64,000 nt of DNA from Promethearchaeia archaeon (lineage in GTDB: Archaea > Asgardarchaeota > Lokiarchaeia > Sigyniarchaeales > SOKP01), in the NCBI GenBank assembly GCA_046483985.1, contig JAWOCD010000031.1:32001-96000 (forward strand). The letters run 5' to 3'. Under the pieces are notes generated by a model, which saw nothing but the letters and a program-made list of their open reading frames with translations, was not told where the DNA came from and did no database searches. This document shows, piece after piece, positions 28,554 to 38,794 of this stretch. Position 1 is the stretch's first letter, and every line of letters begins with the position of its first letter. The translations under genes were made by a program, and so were the position numbers.

Positions 28554-30479
28554 ATGTTATTCGAAAGTGTCATTATGGTTAGAACGGGTCGTTTTGGTGC
28601 AGATTTTGGGCATAAACTCATTATGAGCCTTATAGGATTAGGGATTTGTATTTATGATTGGAAAGTGAATGATCGAAAGGATTATTTCTGGGTTTTCCTA
28701 GTGGGGACACTGATATGGACACTCGCCGAAGTATGGCTTCAAGTTGTTGGAACGAGAATATTACAAGATCCAGATCTCTTTGGTCTTGATGTGACGGATG
28801 CATTATGGTTGACAGCCCCTCTACAAGGAATGTCTGAAGCAGGATTTGTTGCGGCAATTGGTATGGTATTCGGAGATCGATTATTAAATAAGGAAACACG
28901 AAAAAACGGGATAATATCTTTTGTTATCGTCCTTCTATTCCTTATGCTCAGTTACATTGAATATGGAATAGCTTTTCAAGATGTACCCGTAGGAAATCCC
29001 TCAATCCCGTCCAGAAGAGATATGTTTCCTTTCAGTGCGAATCTTTTTGTTCTTTTGTTGAGTTCTATTGCAATAAGTTGGTTAATTACAATGAATTCCA
29101 AAGGTCGAAAGCGCGGACTTTCAATGTATTTAATTATGGTCTCTTTTATCGCTTGGTGGACCTTATTAGAATTTCTAACCGGACAGAGATTTATTGAAAT
29201 AGGAACCTTGAATCCGGATGGAACATTCTCCAATTTACGTCGCGCACCCCCATTAATTGAATTTGCGGCAAACGCTTATTGTGTGCTCGTTGAAGTTTCT
29301 CTTATTTATGTTCCCTTTTTGGGCATTCCTTACTGGCTGGGACTAATCAAACCCGAGGTCCAAGATCAATCAGAAAAGAACTATGAAAAGATGAGGGAAC
29401 TGTTGAGTTCCAAGATTTCTGCCCCCCTTCCAGAGAATAAAACTTCCAAGAAGCTCATTACCAACCTCTTCCCCGACGAAGAAGGATTTCTCATCGCAAA
29501 CGGCATTAGGCACTCATTCTTTCCTACGAGCTTGTTGGGGATACGTATGAGAACGGGATTTTCGAGAAGAAAAATAAAGAATATGATCGAAGATATGGCC
29601 GAAAAGGGTAAGATCCTCAAGTTTGGACCCTTCGTCATCTTGCCGGGTTATTTGCCCGGGTTATTCGAGGTATATTTTACCTCTTCTCGGGACGACCCAG
29701 AGCACATGAAAAAGGCTGCCGAAGCACATTATAAATTGTTGAGTTCCGGATTTCACGCGGAACACATGGCAAATTTCCCCATTTATCGCGTCCTCCCGGC
29801 GGCCAAACCCGTGGAGAAACAAATCGAGGTCAACCAATCCTTGGAAGTTAAACAAGACATCTTTCCTCATGAGATCGTCAAAGAATATTTCAAGGCGTTT
29901 GATGTGTTCGGAGTGCAACCATGCAGCTGTCGAACCGCCGCCAAGTTGGCGGGGAATCCTTGCCAAAGAACGGATGAAAATTATTGCATTTCTGCCGGAG
30001 CATTAGCAAAAAATCTCATTAAGAAGGGGGTCGCAAGGAAAGTAAGTTATGAGGAATTGATGGAAGTGTTAAAAAGGGCAGAAAGGGAAGGGCTCATACA
30101 CGGCACGTCCAACATGAAGAAGAGTTCGATGTTCGTATGTAATTGCTGTCCTTGCTGCTGCGGCGTGTTTAAGCAAGTAAAAAAATATAGAGACGAGCTA
30201 AATCATGAGGAATTCCAAAAACTGCTGCCAGAAAGGAGCTTTGAGCCTGAAATAGATAAAAAATGCGAAAAATGCGAATTATGCGCAGACAAATGCCCTA
30301 TGGAGGTAATCTCATATTTGGAACAAGAGGATCGAATGCACATCGAGTTGGAATACTGTATTGGATGTGGTGTATGCGCAGCAAACTGCCCTAACGATGC
30401 GATTACCCTCAAGAAGGTAAAGAACGTCGAGTATCCCAAGGGATTGCTCGGTCTTGGGCGAAATCTCATGAAAAACTAA
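28554..30479 (+). CDS. Fusion of a polytopic membrane domain and a Cys-rich 4Fe-4S-binding domain
   Basis: About 7 TM in the N-terminal ~270 aa; then CSCR, CNCCPCCC and two CxxCxxCxxxCP motifs. Confidence 0.8.
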   Translation: MLFESVIMVRTGRFGADFGHKLIMSLIGLGICIYDWKVNDRKDYFWVFLVGTLIWTLAEVWLQVVGTRILQDPDLFGLDVTDALWLTAPLQGMSEAGFVAAIGMVFGDRLLNKETRKNGIISFVIVLLFLMLSYIEYGIAFQDVPVGNPSIPSRRDMFPFSANLFVLLLSSIAISWLITMNSKGRKRGLSMYLIMVSFIAWWTLLEFLTGQRFIEIGTLNPDGTFSNLRRAPPLIEFAANAYCVLVEVSLIYVPFLGIPYWLGLIKPEVQDQSEKNYEKMRELLSSKISAPLPENKTSKKLITNLFPDEEGFLIANGIRHSFFPTSLLGIRMRTGFSRRKIKNMIEDMAEKGKILKFGPFVILPGYLPGLFEVYFTSSRDDPEHMKKAAEAHYKLLSSGFHAEHMANFPIYRVLPAAKPVEKQIEVNQSLEVKQDIFPHEIVKEYFKAFDVFGVQPCSCRTAAKLAGNPCQRTDENYCISAGALAKNLIKKGVARKVSYEELMEVLKRAEREGLIHGTSNMKKSSMFVCNCCPCCCGVFKQVKKYRDELNHEEFQKLLPERSFEPEIDKKCEKCELCADKCPMEVISYLEQEDRMHIELEYCIGCGVCAANCPNDAITLKKVKNVEYPKGLLGLGRNLMKN

Positions 30480-30608
30480 TCTCCTTTTTTTTTATGGTCC
30501 TTGGAACACCTTATAAAAGAACAAATTATAACTACTACGGACTATACCAAAACAGAAAATTTCTTTAAAATTAAATTAAAGTGAGAAGAACGAAAGGAAG
30601 TCCAGTGA

Positions 30609-30704
30609 TTCATTTTGAAATGGGGGTCATATTTATATTTCAGAAAAGGTATTATGAAATTAACTTCAAATCTAATAATTGTAATTTCAATTTAAAATTG
30701 CCCG
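30609..30704 (+). repeat. Direct repeat copy 2 of the ~95-bp divergent promoter region
   Basis: Matches 23226-23320. Confidence 0.85.
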
Positions 30705-32770
30705 AGTTTAAAGAATTTAAAGTAAACCAGTACATTACCCTTCGTTTAGAGGGGCATAAAACGATTATTTATGTAAACGGAGAGGTCTATAATCAATGTA
30801 AATATGTGTTACTGGAGAATCCGCATAGATATGAAGGGCAAGATGAGATAAAGAGCATTGACGATGCCATTGAACGCCTTTCAAAAAAATTAGAAGGAAC
30901 TAAAAATAAGGCAAAATTTACGATCAGTCCAGAACAAGAATTTTGGGCCCATTGTTCCAACATGCAAGCATGGGTAGAGCACGACTATGATACCAGAATT
31001 CTTCATCGGAATCTAGCATTTCCCCTACTAAAAAAACTTACGGAGGAAGGAGATAAAAAAGCAAAAAAAGTATTTAAAGACGAAATAGGGAGAAGATTTA
31101 CGAACGGTAATAGCACGGTTATGAATTTTTTAATCCGAGAAGGCTATTTGGATTATCTTAACGATGACGAAATTAACGCATTGTTTAATGACCCAAACCT
31201 GCAAGAAATAGAAATACTGGATTTATCCTATACGACATTTGATTTAGATCCGGATTTTTTACTTTCCCTCAAGAACATAAAAGAATTAATATTAATGGGA
31301 AATAATTTGACCACGCTTCCCAAAGAGATTGGGGAGCTGAAAACGTTAAGAAAATTGGACCTATCTAATAATGAGTTAAAAGAACTGCCCAAAAGAGTAT
31401 GCGAGTTAGAATTACTCGAAACATTAAAGATCAATAATAATCTCTTAGAAGTATTGCCGATCTCACTTGGAGATCTCACAAACCTAAAAAAATTAGAAAT
31501 AGAACGAAATTTAGTAGAAAAAATTCCTGATTCTATTGGCAATTTAATAAACTTAGAAATTTTTAATGCTAAAGATAACCGAATTAGCCTTATTCCCGGT
31601 GCGCTCGGAAAATTAGTAAATCTTCAAGAACTTTATTTGGCCCGTAATCAACTCCAACTTATCCCCGATGTAATTGAAAACTTAGACAAATTGAGAATTG
31701 TTGATTTAGATGATAATCAATTAAAAAAATTACCCAGAGGATTTGAAAGGTTAAAACAGCTTGAAGAAATCCATTTGGATGATAACCATTTAACAAATAT
31801 CTCCGGGTCTATTAAGAACTTAGAAAAATTACGAATTCTCAATTTAAATGATAATCAATTGTACGCCTTTGATTCGTTTGGGCAGTTAAATAGTCTCAAG
31901 GTTCTAAATCTCAGCGGAAATTATTTAGTTACCCTACCAGAAGCATTCGGTAATTTAACCGTCTTGGAAATATTAAACATTAATGAGAATAAATTAAAAA
32001 AACTTCCCTCTTCGCTTGGAAACTTGCGTAATCTTAAAAAATTGAATTTAACCCATAATCAAATTCAATCCTTACCACGGAGTATTGGAAATCTTATTAA
32101 ATTAGAATCGTTAAATTTTTTACGAAATAACATTATTTTCCTTCCTGAAACTATTGGTCTCTTGCAAAATTTGAAAGTTCTTGCTTTAGAGAATAATAAA
32201 ATTCGAAAACTTCCAAAAACCTTTACCAAATTAACCGAAGTGAAAAATTTAAATCTCAGCTATAACAAAATCAACACATTACCGGAGGATATTGGAAATC
32301 TCAGTTCTTTAGAAGTGCTCTATCTCAATCGGAACCAAATAAAAGAATTACCAGAGTCTTTCGGCAGGCTAACGTCATTAAAGAGGGTTAATATCAGCGA
32401 TAATAATCTAATCACGGTCCCAGAATCTTTTAAACATTTGAATCTGGAGAGTATAAACTTAAATCGAAATAATTTAATGAACTTTCCAGAAGTACTTTGT
32501 CAAATTCAATCTTTGAAAAAACTTCATATGGGAACAAATAACATTCATATCGTTCCCTCTTGTGTGGGGAATTTAAAAAACTTGGAAAGGTTAGATTTAG
32601 GAGATAATCAAATCGAATATTTACCGGAATCATTCAAGAGACTCGATCAATTAGTCCACCTCTTTTTGGGATGGAATAAATTCACCCAAAGGCCTCAAGT
32701 TCTTAAGAACTTAAGAAAATTAAAATTCGCATATTTTAATGAAAACCCATTTGAAAATGAAACCTCATAA
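30698..32770 (+). CDS. Leucine-rich repeat protein with Loki-type N-terminal domain (probable TTG start at 30698)
   Basis: EFKVNQYITLRLE..EFWAHCSNMQAW..HRNLAFPLLKKL, then about 22 23-aa LRRs. Confidence 0.9.
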   Translation: MPEFKEFKVNQYITLRLEGHKTIIYVNGEVYNQCKYVLLENPHRYEGQDEIKSIDDAIERLSKKLEGTKNKAKFTISPEQEFWAHCSNMQAWVEHDYDTRILHRNLAFPLLKKLTEEGDKKAKKVFKDEIGRRFTNGNSTVMNFLIREGYLDYLNDDEINALFNDPNLQEIEILDLSYTTFDLDPDFLLSLKNIKELILMGNNLTTLPKEIGELKTLRKLDLSNNELKELPKRVCELELLETLKINNNLLEVLPISLGDLTNLKKLEIERNLVEKIPDSIGNLINLEIFNAKDNRISLIPGALGKLVNLQELYLARNQLQLIPDVIENLDKLRIVDLDDNQLKKLPRGFERLKQLEEIHLDDNHLTNISGSIKNLEKLRILNLNDNQLYAFDSFGQLNSLKVLNLSGNYLVTLPEAFGNLTVLEILNINENKLKKLPSSLGNLRNLKKLNLTHNQIQSLPRSIGNLIKLESLNFLRNNIIFLPETIGLLQNLKVLALENNKIRKLPKTFTKLTEVKNLNLSYNKINTLPEDIGNLSSLEVLYLNRNQIKELPESFGRLTSLKRVNISDNNLITVPESFKHLNLESINLNRNNLMNFPEVLCQIQSLKKLHMGTNNIHIVPSCVGNLKNLERLDLGDNQIEYLPESFKRLDQLVHLFLGWNKFTQRPQVLKNLRKLKFAYFNENPFENETS

Positions 32771-32904
32771 ATCCAAAAATTCAAAATTTAGAAATCTATT
32801 ATTTATGTAGAAGTTAATCTTCCATTTTTATAGAAATTAAGAAGACTATAGAAAAAATATAACATATTATTGCAAAAGCATTAAGGATGAGATAAGGATT
32901 TCCG

Positions 32905-34419
32905 ATGAGCAGCTCCGATAAATTTCAGAAAAGTTCAAAATTGTTTACAGAAGGGAAATATAATGAAGCAATTTCATTATTAAATGAAGTTTTAGAGGAG
33001 GAACCGGAAAATATTATCTTTTGGAATTATTTAGGGAAAGTATATTTAAAAATAGAACATTTCGACGATGCAATTGACGCATATCGGACTGCGCTCAACA
33101 TTAATCCAAAAAGTTACTCGGCTTGGCAAAATTTAGGGTCTGTGTTTTATGAAAAAGGAGACTATAAACATGCGGTGGTCGCCTTGAAAAAAAGTTTATC
33201 CTTAGAAGAGAAAAACAGTCTAACTCTGAGTACATTGGCAAAGACCTACAAAAAATTAGGAAGTCTGAAAAAAGCTAAGCAAATCTATATCCGCATATTG
33301 AAATCATGGCCCAAACATGCGGTTGCATGGAGCAATTTGGGAGTTATTTATTTTCACGAAAACATGTACGATAAAGTCATTAGTGCTTTTAAGAAAGCGG
33401 TTAAAATTGTTCCCAATAATTCTTTTTATTGGAATAACCTCGGATCTGCATATCTGAAACGAGGGGTTTTAGATAAAGGCATTTATGCTTGTAAACGCGC
33501 TTTAGATATCGACCCAGAATATGAAGCAGCATGGCATAATCTTTGCAAAGCATATAATAGCCGTGGCTTAGATTTTGAATATAAGGGGAAAAAGCCAAAT
33601 GATGAACAGACTTGGTTTTCCTTATCTCGCACGTTATACAAAGCCAACTATTATCAAGATGCATTGGACGCAATAAAGCGGGCATTAAAGGAAAACAAGA
33701 AAAAAAGATTCCTTAAATTAGAGAAAAAGATTAAAAAAGCGCTCAAGGAAAAGAAGATTGACAAAAAATCCAAAAAAATTCCCAATAAAATCAAACATTC
33801 TTTTAAATTCTTTAAAAAACCGGAAAATAAAAAAGCGGTAGAAGAATTAAAAAAATCATCCAATATTAAAGATCTTGATCATACACCTTCTGATGTCCAA
33901 GAAGAACCTAACCAAGGTGAAGGAAAATATAAGATAAGTACATTAATATCTTCATTATCAGAAGAAGGGGATGAAAAAGAAGATACGGTATTTATCAGTG
34001 AAAAAGAGTATGATTTAGTGGATGCGTTATTTATCGTTGATGGAGCAAATATTGCATATGGGGATACCAGAGGGGAAAATTTGGCAAAGTTTTCTAATAT
34101 AGAAAAATTGGTAAAACGGCTCGAAGAACTGGGTGTTAACTATAAGATATTTACCGATAGGTCTCTCTATTACAAGATAGATGACCAAGACAAATTTGAT
34201 AAGTTTGTCAAAGAGGGGAAAATTCTGGAAATGCCCGGGGGAACGGAGGCAGATTATTTTATCTTACAATATGCCCAAGAAAATAATGCATTTATCATTT
34301 CAAATGATATGTTTAAAGAGTTTTATCAGATATTCGGAAGAGACTGGATTTTAGACCATAGAGTATCATTTAAAGTAATAGATGACCGAGTTTTCTTCGA
34401 TAAGTTGCTTAAAAGATAA
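32905..34419 (+). CDS. TPR-repeat protein with C-terminal NYN/Zc3h12a (Regnase-like) RNase domain
   Basis: About 7 TPRs (W.NLG..Y); IVDGANIA, ADYFIL, ISNDMFKEF. Confidence 0.85.
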   Translation: MSSSDKFQKSSKLFTEGKYNEAISLLNEVLEEEPENIIFWNYLGKVYLKIEHFDDAIDAYRTALNINPKSYSAWQNLGSVFYEKGDYKHAVVALKKSLSLEEKNSLTLSTLAKTYKKLGSLKKAKQIYIRILKSWPKHAVAWSNLGVIYFHENMYDKVISAFKKAVKIVPNNSFYWNNLGSAYLKRGVLDKGIYACKRALDIDPEYEAAWHNLCKAYNSRGLDFEYKGKKPNDEQTWFSLSRTLYKANYYQDALDAIKRALKENKKKRFLKLEKKIKKALKEKKIDKKSKKIPNKIKHSFKFFKKPENKKAVEELKKSSNIKDLDHTPSDVQEEPNQGEGKYKISTLISSLSEEGDEKEDTVFISEKEYDLVDALFIVDGANIAYGDTRGENLAKFSNIEKLVKRLEELGVNYKIFTDRSLYYKIDDQDKFDKFVKEGKILEMPGGTEADYFILQYAQENNAFIISNDMFKEFYQIFGRDWILDHRVSFKVIDDRVFFDKLLKR

Positions 34420-34587
34420 AACACTTCATTTTTTAAATTAATATGCCTCGTTTATATCAATCTTCTTGAACTCTATTGATAAAATAAATTGTGAGGTAAC
34501 GACCATTTTTTTTAAAAACTCTTTTTATTTTCTTTTTATTATCTTTATTATAATATACATATAAATAACAATTCAGATAGGATTAAA

Positions 34588-36330
34588 ATGGTTTATGAAA
34601 AAAAACCTTGGCTAAAATATTATGATGATTGGGTTCCCGAGACCTTAGAGTATCCTGAAATTACTATGTATGAAGGGGTTGCTCAATCATGCCGAGAACA
34701 TAAAGATAGGACAGCGTTAGAATTCTTTGGGTATGAGATGAATTATGGAACTTTGCTAAAAAAGATAGATAAGTTTGCGCGAATATTATATGACTTAGGT
34801 TTACGGGAAGGGGAAAGAATTACAATTGCTCTGCCTACTTGCCCGCAAGGTATTATTGCTTTTTATGCAGCAAATAAACTTGGCGCGATTGCGTCCATGA
34901 TCCACCCACTCTCGCCTCCCAACGAAGTTGAGTTTTATCTTAATCTCAGCGACTCAAAAATGGCTCTGACTTTGGATATGTTCTATGAAAATTTTGAGGA
35001 GATTCTCGATAAAACTTCAGTAGAAAAAGTCATCTTGGGAAAAATCCAAGATTATTTGGGGTTTATCAAAAAAGCTCTGTTTTGGCTCGTAAAGGGAAGA
35101 AAGGTGAAGGTTCCCGACGATCCGAAAATTCATTGGTGGAGTGACCTTGTCGATAAAGAATATACAGAATTTCCGGAATCGTCGATGGGATTTGAAGATT
35201 TAGCAGTAATACTTTATTCAGGAGGGACCACCGGTTTGCCGAAAGGGATAAAACTGTCCAATAAAAATTTTATTTGCGAAGGGTACCAAGTAACTAAATG
35301 GGGGAATCTAAATCAAAATGACTCTATGCTTATCATTTTGCCGATATTTCATGGATTTGGATTAGGAGTATGTGTAAATGCCGGATTAATGGCAGGTGGA
35401 AAGGGGATTTTAATTCCTACTTTTACCCCCGAGAAAGTGGTTAAATTAATCCAGAAGAAACAACCCACCTTTATGGTTGGTGTCCCAACCTTATTTGAAG
35501 CGATGAATAAAGACCCGAATTTCCAGAATGATACTGATCTCAGTTGCTTGCGGGGTGCGTTTTGTGGTGCGGATACTTTACCGCGCATTGTAAAAGAGAA
35601 TTTCGAAGAGATTGCAAGAAAAAGCGGAAATGAAGATTTAATTTTGCGAGAAGGGTATGGATTAACGGAAACGGTCACGGCTGTTGCTGCTATGCCCATG
35701 AATGAATACAGAGAAGGGAGTATAGGAATTCCATTTCCAGATATGCTAATGAAAGTGGTAAAAATGGATGAAAACGAGGAATCAACAATGGAAGAGGCTC
35801 CAATAGGTGAGGAGGGTGAATTCTGTGTTTCGGGACCTGACGTCATGATGGGGTATTTGGATAATCCAGAAGAAACAGAAAATGTTCTCAAAAAGCACAA
35901 GGACGGACGAGTTTGGGTTCACACGGGAGATGTTGGCACAATGGACGAAGATGGGTTCTTTTATTTCAAATTAAGGAAGAAACGGATGATAAAATCTTCA
36001 GGATTTAATGTGTATCCCGTACAAGTGGAGAACATATTGAACGACCATCCCGATGTGGTCAATTCTTGTGTAATTGGAGTTCCGGATAAAGATCAAGTGG
36101 AACGGGTGAAAGCCTATGTGGTCTTAGAAGATCATGAAAAAGCGTCTAAAGAAAAAGAGAAAGAACTTATCAATTACTGCAGAGAAAAGTTGTTGAAGTG
36201 GAAATGTCCGCGAGATGTTGCATTTACCGAGGAGTTACCGAAAACGCTTGTCGGCAAGGTCGCATACAAGGTCTTGGAAGACAAGGAGAAAGAACGACTC
36301 CGCGCCGAAGGAAAATATGCAGGAGATTAA
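34588..36330 (+). CDS. fadD: Long-chain fatty acid-CoA ligase
   Basis: YSGGTTGLPKG, EGYGLTE, HTGDVG, PKTLVGK. Confidence 0.85.
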   Translation: MVYEKKPWLKYYDDWVPETLEYPEITMYEGVAQSCREHKDRTALEFFGYEMNYGTLLKKIDKFARILYDLGLREGERITIALPTCPQGIIAFYAANKLGAIASMIHPLSPPNEVEFYLNLSDSKMALTLDMFYENFEEILDKTSVEKVILGKIQDYLGFIKKALFWLVKGRKVKVPDDPKIHWWSDLVDKEYTEFPESSMGFEDLAVILYSGGTTGLPKGIKLSNKNFICEGYQVTKWGNLNQNDSMLIILPIFHGFGLGVCVNAGLMAGGKGILIPTFTPEKVVKLIQKKQPTFMVGVPTLFEAMNKDPNFQNDTDLSCLRGAFCGADTLPRIVKENFEEIARKSGNEDLILREGYGLTETVTAVAAMPMNEYREGSIGIPFPDMLMKVVKMDENEESTMEEAPIGEEGEFCVSGPDVMMGYLDNPEETENVLKKHKDGRVWVHTGDVGTMDEDGFFYFKLRKKRMIKSSGFNVYPVQVENILNDHPDVVNSCVIGVPDKDQVERVKAYVVLEDHEKASKEKEKELINYCREKLLKWKCPRDVAFTEELPKTLVGKVAYKVLEDKEKERLRAEGKYAGD

Positions 36331-36472
36331 TTCCATTTTCGCGGTAAATATTTCCTCCCTATTTTATTACTTTTTTACCAAATTAGAATTAAAAAATTCT
36401 AACATTTTTATATAATCTAACCCCTAATTGAATTATAATTCAAATTAAATATATAGAAGAAGAAAATTAGAA

Positions 36473-37489
36473 ATGTTTGACGAGTCCAATTGTGCGGAGT
36501 GTGAAAATATCGACTGCTTGATGAGATGTCAATGGATAGAGTTCGAGAATCTTGAGGAAGCTCGAGCGGAAATGAGAAAACTAATCAACGGAGAAAAATC
36601 CCAGGTATTAGAAGAGTGCGTCACGTGTTTTGCGTGCGATGAATATTGTCCCTATAATTCTCATCCATTTGATTTATTTGTCAACCTGCAAGAAAAATAT
36701 GAGGCTCATGAAATTAACCCTGCCGTTATCGAAAACATGATTAAAAGATATCAGCCCCATGAAGAACTCAGAATAAAGGATATTGACCCCGAGAAACCAG
36801 TCCTCAATAAATGTGCCTTTGTAAAATCACATGGCAAACATATGAAAGGACAATTATTTGAAGATCTCCAATATGTAGCGGGGAGAGATTTTTTCTGCAA
36901 TTTAATGTATCACCATTTTGAACGAGATTCGGTAATTCGAGAACGGATACCAAAGATTATCGAAAATATTGAAAAACAAAATATAAAAGAGATGATATGC
37001 TTCCATGATGAATGTTATGGGTTATATGCCTCATATTGTCCGCGAAATGACATTGAGGTTCCATTTGACCCGATTCATGTATTTGAGTATATTTATAATT
37101 ATCTACAAGATAATCCTGGTAAAATTACGAGTCTTAATAAGAAAATCGCATATCAGAGAAATTGTTCAAATCGGTTCATCCCGGAAACAGATAAGTGGGT
37201 GGACAAAATATGTGAACTTATCGGAATAGAGCGGGTTGATAGGAAATACGATCGGGAAAATGCTTTATGTTGCGGTGCGCCGTTCGCTATGTTAGGGAAA
37301 CGGAAAATGGTAAGACCCACTCAGAAAAAAAATATCAAGGATATGAAAGAGCACAATGCCGAATATGCAATCTTTAATTGTCCGATGTGTTTAGATACTC
37401 TGGGATCCAAAGCGAAACGAAAAGACCTAAAACCATATCTCTTGAGCGATTTAGTACGGATGGCCATGGGAGAGGAATTAGATTACTAA
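36473..37489 (+). CDS. Fe-S oxidoreductase (CCG/GlpC/HdrD-like)
   Basis: CVTCFACDEYCP, YQRNC, CCGA, CPMC. Confidence 0.8.
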   Translation: MFDESNCAECENIDCLMRCQWIEFENLEEARAEMRKLINGEKSQVLEECVTCFACDEYCPYNSHPFDLFVNLQEKYEAHEINPAVIENMIKRYQPHEELRIKDIDPEKPVLNKCAFVKSHGKHMKGQLFEDLQYVAGRDFFCNLMYHHFERDSVIRERIPKIIENIEKQNIKEMICFHDECYGLYASYCPRNDIEVPFDPIHVFEYIYNYLQDNPGKITSLNKKIAYQRNCSNRFIPETDKWVDKICELIGIERVDRKYDRENALCCGAPFAMLGKRKMVRPTQKKNIKDMKEHNAEYAIFNCPMCLDTLGSKAKRKDLKPYLLSDLVRMAMGEELDY

Positions 37490-37620
37490 ATGAGGAGATA
37501 AAAGATAGGCTTTTTCTTTTTTTAATTCTTATATTCATTCATTAATATATTCAATCAATTTAAAGATAGATTAGGATGTTACCATTAAATGTGCCAGAGG
37601 TAATGAGAAGATTTCTAAGG

Positions 37621-38793
37621 TTATTTCTTTCGCTTAATTTCTAAAGTGTCAAGTATTTCAATCAAATCTAAAACCTCAAATCCCGCCTCATATTTATCAT
37701 TGGCATCACTAAGATTAGTTCTACAAAAAGGACAAGTCGAAGATAGGATCTCAGCACTTGTTTCTTGAGCTTCTGTAAGACGATCTTTGGAGATTTCCAG
37801 AGCCCAATCGGGGTATCCGATTTTCACACCTCCCCCCGCCCCGCAGCACCATGAATTTTCGCGATTTCTTCTCATTTCGACGAATTCAATACCGGGTATC
37901 TGTTTGTAGACCTCTCGGGGTGCCTCATAGACACCCGCATGCCGACCAAGATGGCAAGGATCATGATATGTTAATCTTTTTTCAAATCTCCCACCAATTT
38001 CTATTACACCTTTATCAAGTAAGTCTTTGATTAATCCTGCGGTATGAAACACTTCAAAATCATAACGTAACCCCAATTTCTTACAATCTTCTTTAATTGT
38101 ACGATAGCAGCCCGCACAGCTTGTGACCACATTGGAAGCTCCCGCATTCTGAATCTGCTTGATATTATAATTCAAAAATTCCTTAGACGGTTCTACTTGG
38201 CCAGTTCTAATTAAAGGACTTGTACAACAATGCTCATCAATAAGCGTAAAATCAGTTCCCGCCTTTTTCAGAAAACGAATGGTATCATCTCGCAATTTTT
38301 GTTGTCGATAATTGCTGGTACATCCGATAAAATAGACCCATTCGGCCTCATCTGGTATATCGTGCTCCTTTTTTAACTCTTCATTATCCGCGTTCTTCTC
38401 TCCATACGGATTAAACATCTCAGGATTAGTAGTTCTTTCTAACAATTGCTTCTGCTTTTCTGGACAATAGCCATTTTGGACAGCTTCCACTCTGGCAAGT
38501 TCGATAAAATCCACCAATAAGTGATTAAATTTATCAAATCGGCAATTTTCCATGCAATTTCCGCATGTTGAGCATGCATATAACACATTTGCAATACTTT
38601 CCTCCCATTCCAGTTTACCTCTGCATAGGGCATAAATAAGCCACATCCTTCCTCCGGTACTGTAGGTCTCAAATTGAAATTTCTGGTAACTCGGACAATT
38701 GATATCCGAGTAATTTGAGGTAAACTTACAATAACCGCAACGGAAACAGCGATGTACGATCTCTTTCCAATTTTCGAATTCTTCTTGAGTCAA
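37621..38793 (-). CDS. Fe-S oxidoreductase (GlcF/HdrD-like, CCG domains)
   Basis: CSTCGNCMENC, YHDPCHLGR, CCGAGGG, CPFC. Confidence 0.9.
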   Translation of the reverse strand: MTQEEFENWKEIVHRCFRCGYCKFTSNYSDINCPSYQKFQFETYSTGGRMWLIYALCRGKLEWEESIANVLYACSTCGNCMENCRFDKFNHLLVDFIELARVEAVQNGYCPEKQKQLLERTTNPEMFNPYGEKNADNEELKKEHDIPDEAEWVYFIGCTSNYRQQKLRDDTIRFLKKAGTDFTLIDEHCCTSPLIRTGQVEPSKEFLNYNIKQIQNAGASNVVTSCAGCYRTIKEDCKKLGLRYDFEVFHTAGLIKDLLDKGVIEIGGRFEKRLTYHDPCHLGRHAGVYEAPREVYKQIPGIEFVEMRRNRENSWCCGAGGGVKIGYPDWALEISKDRLTEAQETSAEILSSTCPFCRTNLSDANDKYEAGFEVLDLIEILDTLEIKRKK

Positions 38794-38794
38794 A

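Noticed and set aside
30581-30697. N-terminal extension of the LRR ORF in the ORF track
   Set aside because: It overlaps the duplicated promoter region; the recognisable domain begins at TTG 30698
35349-35900. 183-aa antisense ORF and similar short shadow ORFs across the window
   Set aside because: They lie antisense to or inside well-supported genes and carry no motifs
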